Positions 41,559-52,163 of a stretch of 64,000 bases of DNA are shown in pieces. The DNA is taken from NCBI GenBank assembly GCA_963828195.1, contig CAWHDT010000009.1, positions 117,819 to 181,818 on the forward strand, written 5' to 3'. The first letter of the stretch is position 1, and every line of letters begins with the position of its first letter. The stretch comes from Candidatus Bathyarchaeota archaeon. Lineage in GTDB: Archaea; Thermoproteota; Bathyarchaeia; Bathyarchaeales; Bathycorpusculaceae. Position numbers and translations under genes: made by a program. The notes under the pieces are model-generated. The model had not been told where the DNA came from and searched no databases. It saw nothing but the letters and a program-made list of their open reading frames with translations.

Positions 41559-41634
41559 AGCCCGGTGGTGTAGTGGTCAAGCATAGAGGGCTTTGGACCC
41601 TCCGACGAGAGTTCGAATCTCTCCCGGGCTACCA
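41559..41634 (+). tRNA. tRNA-Gln(TTG)
   Basis: Acceptor stem AGCCCGG/CCGGGCT with A1-U72, anticodon loop CTTTGGA, GTTCGAAT and ACCA. Confidence 0.95.
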
Positions 41635-41801
41635 TCATCTAGAGTGTAATTTATACTTCTTAAAATGGCGAATAGGGGGCTCGCCAATCCCCCATTTTCT
41701 TTTTCTTCACTCTAGAAAGATGGTAAGAGGTTTCTTAGAATGGATAACCATGAGTTAATGATGATTAGGTTTTGGCTTTCGCATTGGGAGGTTTTTGCCT
41801 A

Positions 41802-41957
41802 ATGGACGGAGCCCGATGTATGGATTGCGCAGACTGGTTCGGTTCTTGCCACCGACTACTAAATGGGCGAAGACAGCTCAATCAAATAGCTTCTAGCGAT
41901 GCATGCAGCCGCTTCATACCCAAAAACACAAGAGTTGTTCAGGAGGTCCAGCATTGA
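41802..41957 (+). CDS. Small Cys-rich viral protein
   Basis: GGAGG SD and C..C.....C...C..F pattern. Confidence 0.55.
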   Translation: MDGARCMDCADWFGSCHRLLNGRRQLNQIASSDACSRFIPKNTRVVQEVQH

Positions 41958-42307
41958 GCAATTTACAAATTGATAAGGTAGACGCCATCGATTGGTTGAC
42001 TGATGAGCGATGGATCGCTTTCAGCTTCTATGGCGGCTTCGCACAGTTTTTAGAGCACTATTACTTTATGCCTGGAACACCAAAAAACTCAGAGTTCGAA
42101 GTAATGGTTGCCAGAGTCTCAATCAACGGACTAAACGGTATAGCACCCTTTTACAGAATCCGAGATAGCGTTGAGAATCGTGAATCGCTAAATGCAGCAC
42201 TAGCTGAGTATAATGGGACACCATTGCTGACTCCGGCAAAGCTGGATCAAGAAATTGAAGGTCTAAGGCAGAAAGTTATAGAAGTTGTCTTTCCAGTTCT
42301 GAGGTAA
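41954..42307 (+). CDS. Viral hypothetical protein
   Basis: TTG start after AGGAGG, overlapping the previous stop. Confidence 0.6.
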   Translation: MSNLQIDKVDAIDWLTDERWIAFSFYGGFAQFLEHYYFMPGTPKNSEFEVMVARVSINGLNGIAPFYRIRDSVENRESLNAALAEYNGTPLLTPAKLDQEIEGLRQKVIEVVFPVLR

Positions 42308-42315
42308 ATTTTTTT

Positions 42316-43260
42316 ATGAATCAGGCGGTCGATAGAAGTCAAAATATTTCGCGTTTAAAGTCAAAAGTCAAATTTGACTTCTGTACCGTTCGCACTCGCG
42401 TCATCCCTATCCTCAAAGGCATTGAGGTTAAGATGTATCCTGCGAAGATTGGGCGTGCCCGTGGATGGAAAAAACAACATGTAGCCTACTACGTAAAAAA
42501 GCTGGAGAAAGCAGGGTTAATTCGCAGGTTAAAGCGAAGCAATTTCGTTGACTACGAGCTCACGGAGCAAGGTCAAAACTTTCTCATATCATGTGAGGGA
42601 GTGCTGTTTAGCAGCGGTGTTTTTCGTTTGCACCGTTGTTTTTTCAAGTTTCCCGTGGTGCGCGAAGGTGTTTATCCTGCGGGCGATTTTCGGCGAATCG
42701 AGATGCAGAATTGGACGGCTCTTTTGGGCTTAGAGCAGGGTGTGAAGGTGCGTCATACCACGACATCTTGGATTGTTCATGTCGAGACGCTTTATGGTCG
42801 AAGTCCTGGGGAGCTTGTGACTTTGGCTAAAAACTTGGCTGACCGAGTCGCTAAGGGCTTGATGAGTAAGTACGGCTGCGTGTTGGGTGATGGGCAGATT
42901 AACAAGCGACATGAACTGGGCGTTGATGATCCAGTTGCCAATCTTCTGAATCGCTATTTTTCGGTGAGTACTCCAAAACGGGTTATCGATGACAGCCCTG
43001 GAGAAGATGAGGGCGAGCTTGATCATGTTGGTCGAGATGCGGCAGTTGAGTATTTGCTGATGCCTGAGCGAGTCAAGAAGCTTGAGGGCCAAGTGGACAA
43101 TGTCTTAACTGATTTAGCAAAGATTTCAAGCAGCCTCGAGAAGCTAGAGAAAATGGGTTACAGTTTAGCCAAAGTTGCCGAAGCATTGGGCAAGCTTACC
43201 GATTTTCAAACTAACCAAGAGATACCAAACGGTCCAGGAGGAAAAGAATACATTGCATAA
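42316..43260 (+). CDS. wHTH protein with uncharacterised C-terminal domain (candidate replication initiator)
   Basis: MarR-like HTH (HVAYYVKKLEKAGLI...YELTEQG), then RLH, IDDSPG..GELD and EY motifs and a coiled coil. Confidence 0.65.
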   Translation: MNQAVDRSQNISRLKSKVKFDFCTVRTRVIPILKGIEVKMYPAKIGRARGWKKQHVAYYVKKLEKAGLIRRLKRSNFVDYELTEQGQNFLISCEGVLFSSGVFRLHRCFFKFPVVREGVYPAGDFRRIEMQNWTALLGLEQGVKVRHTTTSWIVHVETLYGRSPGELVTLAKNLADRVAKGLMSKYGCVLGDGQINKRHELGVDDPVANLLNRYFSVSTPKRVIDDSPGEDEGELDHVGRDAAVEYLLMPERVKKLEGQVDNVLTDLAKISSSLEKLEKMGYSLAKVAEALGKLTDFQTNQEIPNGPGGKEYIA

Positions 43261-43445
43261 CCAATCATTTGGGCTTTTAATGTCTGTAAAATGCTGTTCA
43301 AAACCAATTTTTGCGCCTACCTCAGGGCATGGGAAAAGTCCATGCTTTTCACAAGTCACTTTTCTGCAATTAGTTAGTCCTGATTACCCACTATCAATTT
43401 TGCAATGTATTGATGCAGCTGAATTCTTGGAGTGTGCATTCTGAT

Positions 43446-43907
43446 ATGGAAAACGCTGAAAAACCTGTTCAAACTGCTAAAAAGAAGCGTAGTCGCAGCG
43501 ATAAGGTTGGGCGTTTAAAGTATAATCAGCAGCTTCTCAAACAGACTCTCTCTGAGATAGAAGAAGTCAAACTGATGTTGCGCACCATCTTTGCTGGGTT
43601 GAAAGATTCTTTGGTTTTTGAGCGATCACTAATCGAGCGCATAGGCTGCAGAGATGAGGTGGACCGCGAGATTCTTCAGTCGCTGTTTGAAGCTGGTTCG
43701 AAAGGTTTGCTGCCAAAAGACTTAGCCTCAAAATTAGAGAGGTTTAGGGTTACTCGGCATCAGGTCAGCCGCAGGATTCTTAGAATGAATAAGCGGTTGG
43801 AACATGAGTTTGGGCAAAGACTTGTAGAAAAACGTGGTTGGCATTGGGCACTCACCAGCTTTGCAATAAATGCCTATGGCGCCAGTGAAGAGGAGGCAAA
43901 AGCTTGA
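43446..43907 (+). CDS. HTH DNA-binding protein
   Basis: EVDREILQSL...LPKDLASKL...TRHQVSRRI...VEKRGWHWALT. Confidence 0.7.
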   Translation: MENAEKPVQTAKKKRSRSDKVGRLKYNQQLLKQTLSEIEEVKLMLRTIFAGLKDSLVFERSLIERIGCRDEVDREILQSLFEAGSKGLLPKDLASKLERFRVTRHQVSRRILRMNKRLEHEFGQRLVEKRGWHWALTSFAINAYGASEEEAKA

Positions 43908-44098
43908 AGTATGCTGCGGGTTTAACAGATTGCGAAAAGCGATTTTGCACTTGAAGACCCGGGGTCTTTCGGATTATGCGATTGCTCGGAAACTAAAAAT
44001 GCACACTCCCAATGTGACCCGTAGCAGAAAGAACGCTCTCAGAAAGATCGAACGGGCCAAAGCTATTTAGAGTTCATCAATGGACTTAAAGATAAATA
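43904..44098 (+). CDS. Small LuxR/sigma-region-4-like HTH protein, frameshifted
   Basis: TTG-started MKYAAGLTDCEK joins AILHLKTRGLSDYAIARKL...SRKNALRKI if one A is restored near 43935. Confidence 0.55.
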
Positions 44099-44402
44099 GC
44101 AAGAGGCTAAAAACAAGATACGAGGAGTTTACCAAAACTACTCTTACCCGCCTAATCGGCTTTAGAGAAGCTTTGTCTTTACAAAAAGACGCTTTATATT
44201 TGATATTTATCTATTATTGATCGCTTAATTATACGGTTGCCATAGGATAGTTGTTCCGTATAATCTCACGAATAATCTCAAGTTCCCCTACAAATGTTTA
44301 ACAAAATGAGCAGTTGCAGGCAAGAGCAGATTATGCGTTGGTGCTGTAATTTCTTGAGACGCCAGGTTCTTATAACAACCCATATATCGAAATATCACTA
44401 TA

Positions 44403-45464
44403 TTGGTAGCTATGGGCCGTTTAAGTAAGCATTACTTGGTCACTTTTTTTTTAATCTTATTAGCATCGTCAATTACGCTTCAGTTTAACGTAGTAAAAGC
44501 AACAACTGCAAAAGAAATTATAGTGCCCGATGATTTCTCCAGTATTCAAAGCGCCATTAATAGTGCAAAAGCAGGCGACACTATTTTTGTAAGGTCTGGA
44601 AATTATAACATTACAACTGGGAATGATAATCAGATGAGTGGCAATAGTCTATTTATAAATAAATCAATCTCGGTGATTGGTCAGGGTTGTGAGAATACAA
44701 TTATCACAACTACTCAAATTGGTCCTTATGATGTGGGAATAGACATTGCTGCAAATAACGTAACCATCTCTGGATTCACAATAGTAGGAAATGCCAATGT
44801 TATCGTTATTGGAGGGTCAGCAAATACAGTTACAAATAATATCATTAATCTCACTAGTTCGAACGGTGGTAATGCAATAGAAGATGACGGCTCAGAAGAC
44901 AAACTTTTCTCAAACATCCTTAACGGAGCAGGATACGGAACGTCTGGTCTTTTTGGTAACGAAACGACTGGAATATTAGTATTAGGCAATATGACAGCAT
45001 CTAATAACATTATTAGAAATTTTGGAGTGGGCTTATCTATTTCGGCTGAATCGCCGCTCGATTACTCCATTCAAATTGTTAACAATACAATTGATAACAA
45101 TGCTGTAGGGATTTTTCTATTCTCAGTTCCAACAGTGCTTTATGAAAATAATATTATGAACCAATCTAACTATAATATTTATACGGAGATAAGCAACGTT
45201 AATGCTACTTACAATTGGTGGGGGACAAACGATAGCCAAACGATAGCTAACTCGCTGACCAAGAGTAATGATGTTACTTTTGCTCCTTTTCTAAAGGCCT
45301 CAAATCCACAAGCGATGCCTATCGCGAGTCCGTCAACACCGCTTGCAAACACATCACCCGGGCCATCAATTCCCGAATTATTTCCAACAGTAGTAGTAAC
45401 TCTTGCAGTTGTACTTTTAATAAGTACATTAACAATTTTTTTAATAAAAAGAAGAAGCCGATAA
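44403..45464 (+). CDS. Secreted right-handed beta-helix (NosD/pectin-lyase-like) protein, provirus cargo
   Basis: IIVPDDFSSIQSAIN.A..GDTIFVRSGNY, Asn-ladder repeats, NATYNWWG, and a PEF-like IPELFP plus TM helix plus KRRSR. Confidence 0.8.
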   Translation: MVAMGRLSKHYLVTFFLILLASSITLQFNVVKATTAKEIIVPDDFSSIQSAINSAKAGDTIFVRSGNYNITTGNDNQMSGNSLFINKSISVIGQGCENTIITTTQIGPYDVGIDIAANNVTISGFTIVGNANVIVIGGSANTVTNNIINLTSSNGGNAIEDDGSEDKLFSNILNGAGYGTSGLFGNETTGILVLGNMTASNNIIRNFGVGLSISAESPLDYSIQIVNNTIDNNAVGIFLFSVPTVLYENNIMNQSNYNIYTEISNVNATYNWWGTNDSQTIANSLTKSNDVTFAPFLKASNPQAMPIASPSTPLANTSPGPSIPELFPTVVVTLAVVLLISTLTIFLIKRRSR

Positions 45465-45699
45465 ATAGATTCAGACTGCCTCATTGAGGAAATGGTATTT
45501 TGGTTTTGAGAAAGAAAAAGCCGTTTTGACGACATCAGTGGCAATTTAGCTCTTTGCGACATTGGTTGGAATAGGGACCTTATTTAAGCCAATGCCTAAC
45601 CAGGCTTTGGGACAAAAGTTCTTTGAGATATTTTCGTCGTTGCCTCTTGAGTGAATGTTCAGAAAGAAAGATAGGCTTTTTGTAATCTAGAATCAGGAC

Positions 45700-46115
45700 C
45701 AGCAGGATACTGCCATGGCTCTGACATCTATGGTGGTGGGCCACTCTACATCTACTGTGATGACGGTGTAACTGATCCATGGGATTCAAGCTATTGCCCA
45801 TTCAACTATGCTTACACTGACAATTGGAATGGTCAATCGTTTGGAACCTATCAATACAGCAACCCGATAAGCATCATGGTCTACACGTGGGGCAACACTG
45901 AGAACGTCTACTATCAATGGCAAGGATATGGCTATGGAATGGCGTCAGGTACTAGCTCAGCGGCAGGAATAAGTTCAACATTGACACCGCCAATAATTTC
46001 AACTCCAACATCGGAGAGTCTGACATCATACGGAGTCCCAGTGGGAACGCCATATACTTACGACTCGACAACAAACACATACATACCAGTGCCATACAAC
46101 ACAACAGTAGGATAA
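45700..46115 (+). pseudogene. Fragment of a secreted Ser/Thr/Tyr-rich protein gene
   Basis: ORF 45876..46115 has extracellular-type composition but no signal peptide. The upstream frames are broken. Confidence 0.35.
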
Positions 46116-46858
46116 CTTCTACTCCTCTCTTTTTTCCAATTAAGCACTTTTTTAATGCTCGGCGCGAGTTCCTAGTAAGATTTTTTCTGAAAACAGTAAA
46201 ATCGGGCGATTGGACAACAAGTATCTGTAGAAGGGTATAGAATTTATGCTTCTTGGCAGGTTTCAACGCAATAGATTTAGCGCCTAACCTTGAAGTTAGC
46301 TCGCAGTTGCTCTTGTTTGCGATATTATCGTGTAGGCTCTCAGCCATTAATGCTTAGTTTCATGATTGTTTCTTGGCGGTTTAGCGACGGGAAAAATGCT
46401 CAGGTAACAAAAATAAAGAGAATAAAGACTCGATATAATGGACAACCAGACAAAGCGGTAGTTTTTTAAGTTAGATGCTATATCTTCTGCGCAAAAACTC
46501 TTGGCGGGGGAGCACTTGCTCCGGGCTATTCTGAGTTCGCCCCCTTCATCCAAAAGTTGTGGTGAGCGGCTTTCTAGTATGACACATAAACGAGGATTTA
46601 GACGTTCGTCCAAATCATACGAACTACGCCAGCAATGGCACGATGCACAAGGTTTTGTTAGCGGAGAGGCTTTTCGTGACAGGCTAATCAGCGAAACGAT
46701 TTGCTTAACCACTATTGACGAGGTTGTTCAGCATTTGGCAGCAACCTTTGAGCAAGCCGCTCCCGAAGCAGTACCAGAAGTGGAGCCTGGTTTAGTTCTT
46801 CGCAGCCCTCTTGGACAAGGCGCCTTCCAAACCATACAAGCATTCGGAGGAATTTCAA

Positions 46859-47134
46859 CTGGAACCAAATGAAAAAGAAGCTAATCAGCCAGAGATTTGT
46901 CCGGACGCAAACAAAAACCCAGTTTGCCCCTACATCACAGCCATACACACAAACACCGCTCAAGTCAATCGTATAGAAAAAGCGCTAGTTGGCGAGGACC
47001 TGCAGTCAGGCCTTGTTGCTAAAGTTCACCAGCTAGAAATAACCCAAAAAATACTTATAGCCATAGGAAGCACCAGCCTCGTTGGCTTAGTTAGTCTTGC
47101 CGTCATTCTATTTGAAAAGTTGGTTATCCGATAG
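46859..47134 (+). CDS. Small coiled-coil, single-TM viral membrane protein (holin/XhlA-like architecture)
   Basis: VNRIEKALVGEDLQSGLVAKVHQLE plus a C-terminal TM helix. GGAGG precedes CTG at 46859. Confidence 0.55.
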   Translation: MEPNEKEANQPEICPDANKNPVCPYITAIHTNTAQVNRIEKALVGEDLQSGLVAKVHQLEITQKILIAIGSTSLVGLVSLAVILFEKLVIR

Positions 47135-47671
47135 ATGTCAATAGTTATTCCAGCCGCGGAAACCGTAAAGATCAGCGATGTTAAGACTGATGGACAGAAT
47201 CCAAATAAGATGAGCAAAGACCAGCTCGAACGTCTCAAAACTTCAATTAAAAAATGGGGTTTTATCGTTCCAATCATAACCAACAAAGACCTCTTAATCG
47301 CTGACGGAGAACAACGCTACATAGCCGCCAAAGCACTGGGCATGGCTGAAGTCTCAATTATCCGCCTACCCGTAGAAGATGTAGACCGCAGATTACTCAG
47401 GCAGGTTTTAAACAAGCTCAGAGGCAAGCATGACCCTGAACTTGACAGGGCCGAATATGAACGCATCATCGAAGCGGGAAAGGAAGAAGAACTCAATTAT
47501 TTGGTTATGGTTTCCGATGAGAAACTCAAGAATCTTCTGAGCGAAGAAAAAAGCATAACGCTTGCTGCGACTTTTGAGGTTGTACTTGAATGCGAAGATG
47601 AGGTTCACCAACAAGCCATCTTCAACAAACTAACAGGTGAGGGGTACAAGTGCCGTCTTTTGACTTTGTGA
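47135..47671 (+). CDS. ParB/Sulfiredoxin-like domain protein
   Basis: NPNKM...LKTSIKKWGFIVPII....IADGEQR..AA..LG. Confidence 0.85.
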   Translation: MSIVIPAAETVKISDVKTDGQNPNKMSKDQLERLKTSIKKWGFIVPIITNKDLLIADGEQRYIAAKALGMAEVSIIRLPVEDVDRRLLRQVLNKLRGKHDPELDRAEYERIIEAGKEEELNYLVMVSDEKLKNLLSEEKSITLAATFEVVLECEDEVHQQAIFNKLTGEGYKCRLLTL

Positions 47672-48333
47672 GAACCTGGAACAAGCCAAACAGTTTCCGA
47701 GCGCAATCAGTCATCGGCAGCTTTACACTCGTTGATTGCAAGATGGAGAAACACTTCACCGGACAAATTCCCATTGAGGATAACACTTGGCAGATCGGCG
47801 TCATAGTTGGTCGTAGCGGCACTGGTAAAACAAGCATAGCCAAAACTCTCTTCGCCGATAGCTACATCAAAGGCTTTTCCTACACCCATGAATCTATCCT
47901 CGACGATTTTCCAGAAGGACAACAGGTAAACGAGATAACTAAGAACCTGTGCAGCGTAGGTTTTGCTTCACCGCCTGATTGGCTCAAAAACTACGATGCA
48001 CTCAGCCAAGGAGAGAAAATGCGGGTAGACATCGCGAGAGCTCTCAGCCTCGCGCAGCCACAAATCGTATTTGACGAATTCACAAGCGTCGTAGACCGCG
48101 AGATTGCTAAAGTCAGCGCCTACGCCATAAGCAAAGCAGTCCGAAGAACAAACAAGAAATTCATTGCTGTTACATGCCATTATGATGTTATCGATTGGCT
48201 TGATCCCGATTGGGTTTTCTGCACTGACACAATGGAGTTTAGCAGAAAAAAAGATGTCGGCCGCCCGTTGATCTCCAGGTTTATCGGTGCGGCGGTTCCG
48301 TGTGGCAGATGTTTCGGCAGTATCACTATCTAA
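47650..48333 (+). CDS. Soluble ABC-type ATPase
   Basis: Walker A GRSGTGKT, signature LSQGE, Walker B VFDEFTSVVDR and H-loop TCHYD. No permease nearby. Confidence 0.88.
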   Translation: MPSFDFVRTWNKPNSFRAQSVIGSFTLVDCKMEKHFTGQIPIEDNTWQIGVIVGRSGTGKTSIAKTLFADSYIKGFSYTHESILDDFPEGQQVNEITKNLCSVGFASPPDWLKNYDALSQGEKMRVDIARALSLAQPQIVFDEFTSVVDREIAKVSAYAISKAVRRTNKKFIAVTCHYDVIDWLDPDWVFCTDTMEFSRKKDVGRPLISRFIGAAVPCGRCFGSITI

Positions 48334-48734
48334 ACAGTAAGCTAGGCGCCGGAGTCAGATGCTATGCAGCCATGTATAACGAAAAACCCATTGCCTTTAT
48401 CGCTGTAGCACACGTGCGTATGAAAGCAAATTATTATCGGGTTAGCCGTCTTGTGGTTCTACCTGACTATCAAGGAATAGGCGTTGGGAAACGTCTGCTG
48501 AACTTTATCGCGGAGCTCTATACATCCCAAACCAGACTGCCCTTCTATCTAATTACGAGCAACCCGCAGCTGGTACGCGGAGACCTTGGGAACTGGATCA
48601 TTAAACGTGTCGGTCATGGCAGCCACGGCAGAGGCGATACAAGAATAAACCGAGAACTCGTCAGGTCAAACAGCCGCGGTCGCTTAACGGTATCATTAAA
48701 GTATGTGCCTAAGATTCGCAAAATCTGCAGTTGA
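48253..48734 (+). CDS. GNAT-family acetyltransferase (-1 frame continuation of the ATPase)
   Basis: W.MF..YHYL and acetyl-CoA motif RLVVLPDYQGIGVG. The frame is open back to the A7 run (RCRPPVDLQVYRC...). Confidence 0.85.
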
Positions 48735-48735
48735 A

Positions 48736-49263
48736 GTGATTTTATTGGATAAAGATCTGCTTGAAAGACGCCTCTTTGAGCTAAAGCTCGAAGGAGACGG
48801 CTTAACTCTTAAGGAAATTGTTGCAGAAACATCAATCAAATTCTCGTGTCACACCGCGACGGTGTATCGAGAGATGGCTCACAGAGCGTTATGGCAGCCT
48901 CTTCTGCAGGAATTCTCCGAGGCTCTGCTGAAGGCTAAGAACTGTCACGTGCAGCTGTACCGTAAAGCCAGCTTCATGTATAGCCAAGCCAAAAGCGACA
49001 GGGCACGGATCGCAGCTTTGAATCTTATGCGCCAAATCAACATTGACCTTGCGGAGCTTAGCGGCGCAAAACCAGCCGAGCAATCGCAGTCTGAAGAAAT
49101 CAACATCCGATGGGAAGACCCAGAAGTATGCAAAAAACAATACGCATCAGATACAAACCCCATCCAGGACAATGCCAATTCCACTACTGTACCGCAAGGT
49201 TCCGAGTGCTCAACTGCGGGCGACGCTGGGGCAAAACCGTCGCGGGCGCCAATGAATTCATAA
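48736..49263 (+). CDS. Putative terminase small subunit
   Basis: HTH-like N-terminus and helical body, located directly before and overlapping the terminase large subunit gene. Confidence 0.6.
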   Translation: MILLDKDLLERRLFELKLEGDGLTLKEIVAETSIKFSCHTATVYREMAHRALWQPLLQEFSEALLKAKNCHVQLYRKASFMYSQAKSDRARIAALNLMRQINIDLAELSGAKPAEQSQSEEINIRWEDPEVCKKQYASDTNPIQDNANSTTVPQGSECSTAGDAGAKPSRAPMNS

Positions 49264-50384
49264 GGCAAATGTGGCAGCAAGGCGAAGGCAAAGAAAAATT
49301 AGGAATAGTCGGCTTCGCGGTTGCACCAACTTATTGGCATACCCAGCGGCAATGGAGCGAATTCTTCAACTATTGCCCAGCTGAATTAATCGAGGAAATC
49401 CACCGAGCCGACCGCCATGTGATATTTTCGGGCAATCGGCATGTTTGGTTTAAGAGCGCAGACAACCCCGATTCACTTCGTAGCCAAGGCGTAAAAGTTC
49501 TTTGGGTTGACGAAGGCGCCCAAATTGCTGAGGAAGCCTGGACCTTAGCTCTTAGGCCTGCATTGATGGATGAGAAAGGCATCGCCTTCTTCACTGGCAC
49601 ACCCAGAGGGCACAACTGGTATTTCCAGCTTTGGACAAGAGGGCAAGACCCTAAACAGACAGATTACAAAAGCTGGAGCTTCCCAAGTGCAAGCAACCCG
49701 TACTTGGATCCAGCCGAAATTGCCTCATTTGCTCGGGATATGCCTGAGTTGGCTTATCGTCAAGAGGTCTTGGCACAGTTCTTAGAAGATGTCGGCAGCG
49801 TATTCCGAGGAGTGGACCGCATTGTTGAAGGCGGCTTTGAGCTTCCTCAGCCAAAATAAGAAATATGTCATGGGCGCCGACCTTGCAAAGCTCGAGGATT
49901 TCACTGTTCTAATTGTCTTGGATATTGATGGCCACTTGGTGCGCCTTTGACAGATTCAACGAGTTGGATTGGGTATTTCAAAGAAAACGCATCGTTCAAC
50001 TATCCCAGAACTATGATGCCCGTTTGCTAATTGACAGCACCGGAGTTGGCGACCCAATCGAAGACGAACTCTGCCGAGAGAAAGGTGCATGTTGACGGCT
50101 ACAAATTCACCAACGCCACAAAAAAAGACCTCATCGAAAACCTCAGCATAATGATTGAAAACCACCAGCTCACAATCCCGCCGATTCCAGTTTTGATTAA
50201 CGAGCTCAAGCTGTACGGGTACAAGACTACCCGAAGCGGCAACGTGCAGTATGGAGCACCCGAAGGCTACCATGACGACGCCGTTATCGCTCTCGCATTA
50301 GCCGCTTGGCAACTAAAACGCTCACCCTCGCCATCGTCAGGCGTTGGAATTGCGTTCCCGAACCGACATTATGGATGTACTTAG
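49128..50384 (+). CDS. terL: Terminase large subunit (three single-base frameshifts)
   Basis: PHPGQ, GRRWGKT, VDEGA and GTP. Nuclease motifs MGADLA, IDSTGVGD and HDDAVIALALA. Split near 49855, 49932 and 50080. Confidence 0.92.
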
Positions 50385-50409
50385 TAAATGGTAAACTTTA
50401 GATCCGCTT

Positions 50410-51862
50410 TTGGTCAGGTTGCAAGCAAAATACTTCCTGCCCCAACGAACTGATTCGTTGCCAAACCCGATGCGAAATGTGGCAGAGGATACGGCTAAGC
50501 AGCAAATCGAGCAAGAGATCCCGTTTAGGTCCAGTCGAGATGCTGTTCTGCAAGAATACCTCAGCAGGTACACTCTGAAAAGTGCTGGAATAGGCTTTGT
50601 TACTCCGCCTTACAGCAGCCTTTATGATAGAATTTGGGGAATCACGCCAGTTGATGATCTGCCGAAACTGCAAGCCCTCTACGAGTACAATCCGTATATT
50701 GCAGCCTCAGTTGATGTTCGCGTTAACTTGACGGTTAGCAATTGGCTTGAGCTAGAAGGCGGCAACTCCACATTCAACGATTATCTGAGCGAGTGGCTGG
50801 ATTCCCATAACGTTCCCTCTGTCGCCCGAATCCAAGAAAATAATGCTTTGGTTAACGGCTTTAGCGTCACCGAGCTTTGCCGAGATGAAGATAATCAACG
50901 GGTTGAATGGCTAAAGCCTCTGGATCCACTTTATGTCCGGATTCGCCGAGACGCTTACATGAACATTTTCGGCTACATTCAACTTGCTTTCTGTGCCTCC
51001 GGCAATTTTTGAGCCTCAAGACATACTGCGTACACTTCACAATCAAGGTTCAGGTAGGTACAACAGCGCCTACGGCGTAAGCCTGCTAAGAAGCACCCTG
51101 CTGATTCAGGCTCTTACAGACGATTTCCAGCATGACATGGCAACCATAATGAAAATTTACACCAAACCCATCCTTGCCTATCAATGCGGCACAGAAAAGG
51201 CTGAGTGGTCGGACACTAAGCTGCAGGCATTTATCGATGGCATGGCTGAACGCCAACAAGGAACCGACCTCGCATTCAAACACGACGTCAACCCCATACC
51301 TATCGACAGCATGACTCGCGGCTTACGGGTTGAATGGTGGCTAAACTATCTGCTAACTCAACGTAACGCACAGTTAGGCGTTCCCAAGTTGTTTTTAGGA
51401 GAAATTGAAAACGCAAACAGATCAACCGCTGACATAGTTATGCAGGAATTTGTCACTCGCCTTCGCATGCGCCAGGAACACATAAAGTACACTTACGAAA
51501 CTGAATTGTTCCCAGCTATCCTGCAAGGCGACTTTCCAGGATCGTTCATTACTTCGGATAAGATTCCAAAGATAAAGTGGCGACCGATCTGGGAGCCTGC
51601 AGCAGACGTTTTGGTTGACCAACAAATTGCACTCTTCCAAGCAGGCCTAACCGGAGATCTAGAAGCCCGAGCAAAACTTGGTTTGCCTGAAGAAGTCTGG
51701 GGGAACCTGGCAACGATGCGTCAAAGTTACAACCAAGCAATGCCCTCCGACGCCGTCAGCAAAAGCGATGCATCTCAGCCTTCTCCTGAACTAAGGGCTT
51801 CTCAAAGACAGCTAAGCATGAACGGGAAAAGCTATGTTATCTCAGAAATTCCAAGACAATGA
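50410..51862 (+). CDS. Portal protein (frameshift near 50985)
   Basis: Follows terL. LKPLDPLYVRI, AYGVSLL, LGVPKLFLG...NRSTA and EARAKLGL. Confidence 0.85.
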
Positions 51863-52154
51863 CCTGCAAGACGCCCTCAACGCCTTTCTTGCGTTTAAGG
51901 CTTTCAAGGCAGCTGTGGTTAACCCAGCAATCCGTTACACTGTTTGGCGTTATGTAACTGAAGGACTAAAGCCCAGTCCCAATCTATGCCAAAACTGCCA
52001 AGACCACAACAATGACGTGTATGAGCTGCAGGATCCGGACGACCTGAAGGATATGTTTCCTTATGGAGAATGGCTTGATGAAGACACTTTTGCGGTGAAT
52101 TTGCATCCCAATTGCGTTTGCTTAATTACAAGAGACCATGATGTTTATTGGTAA
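51834..52154 (+). CDS. Short MuF/SPP1 gp7-like head morphogenesis protein
   Basis: C..C and HPNCVC motif, after the portal gene. Confidence 0.65.
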   Translation: MLSQKFQDNDLQDALNAFLAFKAFKAAVVNPAIRYTVWRYVTEGLKPSPNLCQNCQDHNNDVYELQDPDDLKDMFPYGEWLDEDTFAVNLHPNCVCLITRDHDVYW

Positions 52155-52163
52155 AAACAGATT

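Noticed and set aside
41555-41758. 67-aa ORF from the track
   Set aside because: It overlaps tRNA-Gln and is spurious.
47650-48333. ABC ATPase as part of a transporter
   Set aside because: No permease or binding protein is nearby, and it is coupled to the ParB-like and GNAT genes.
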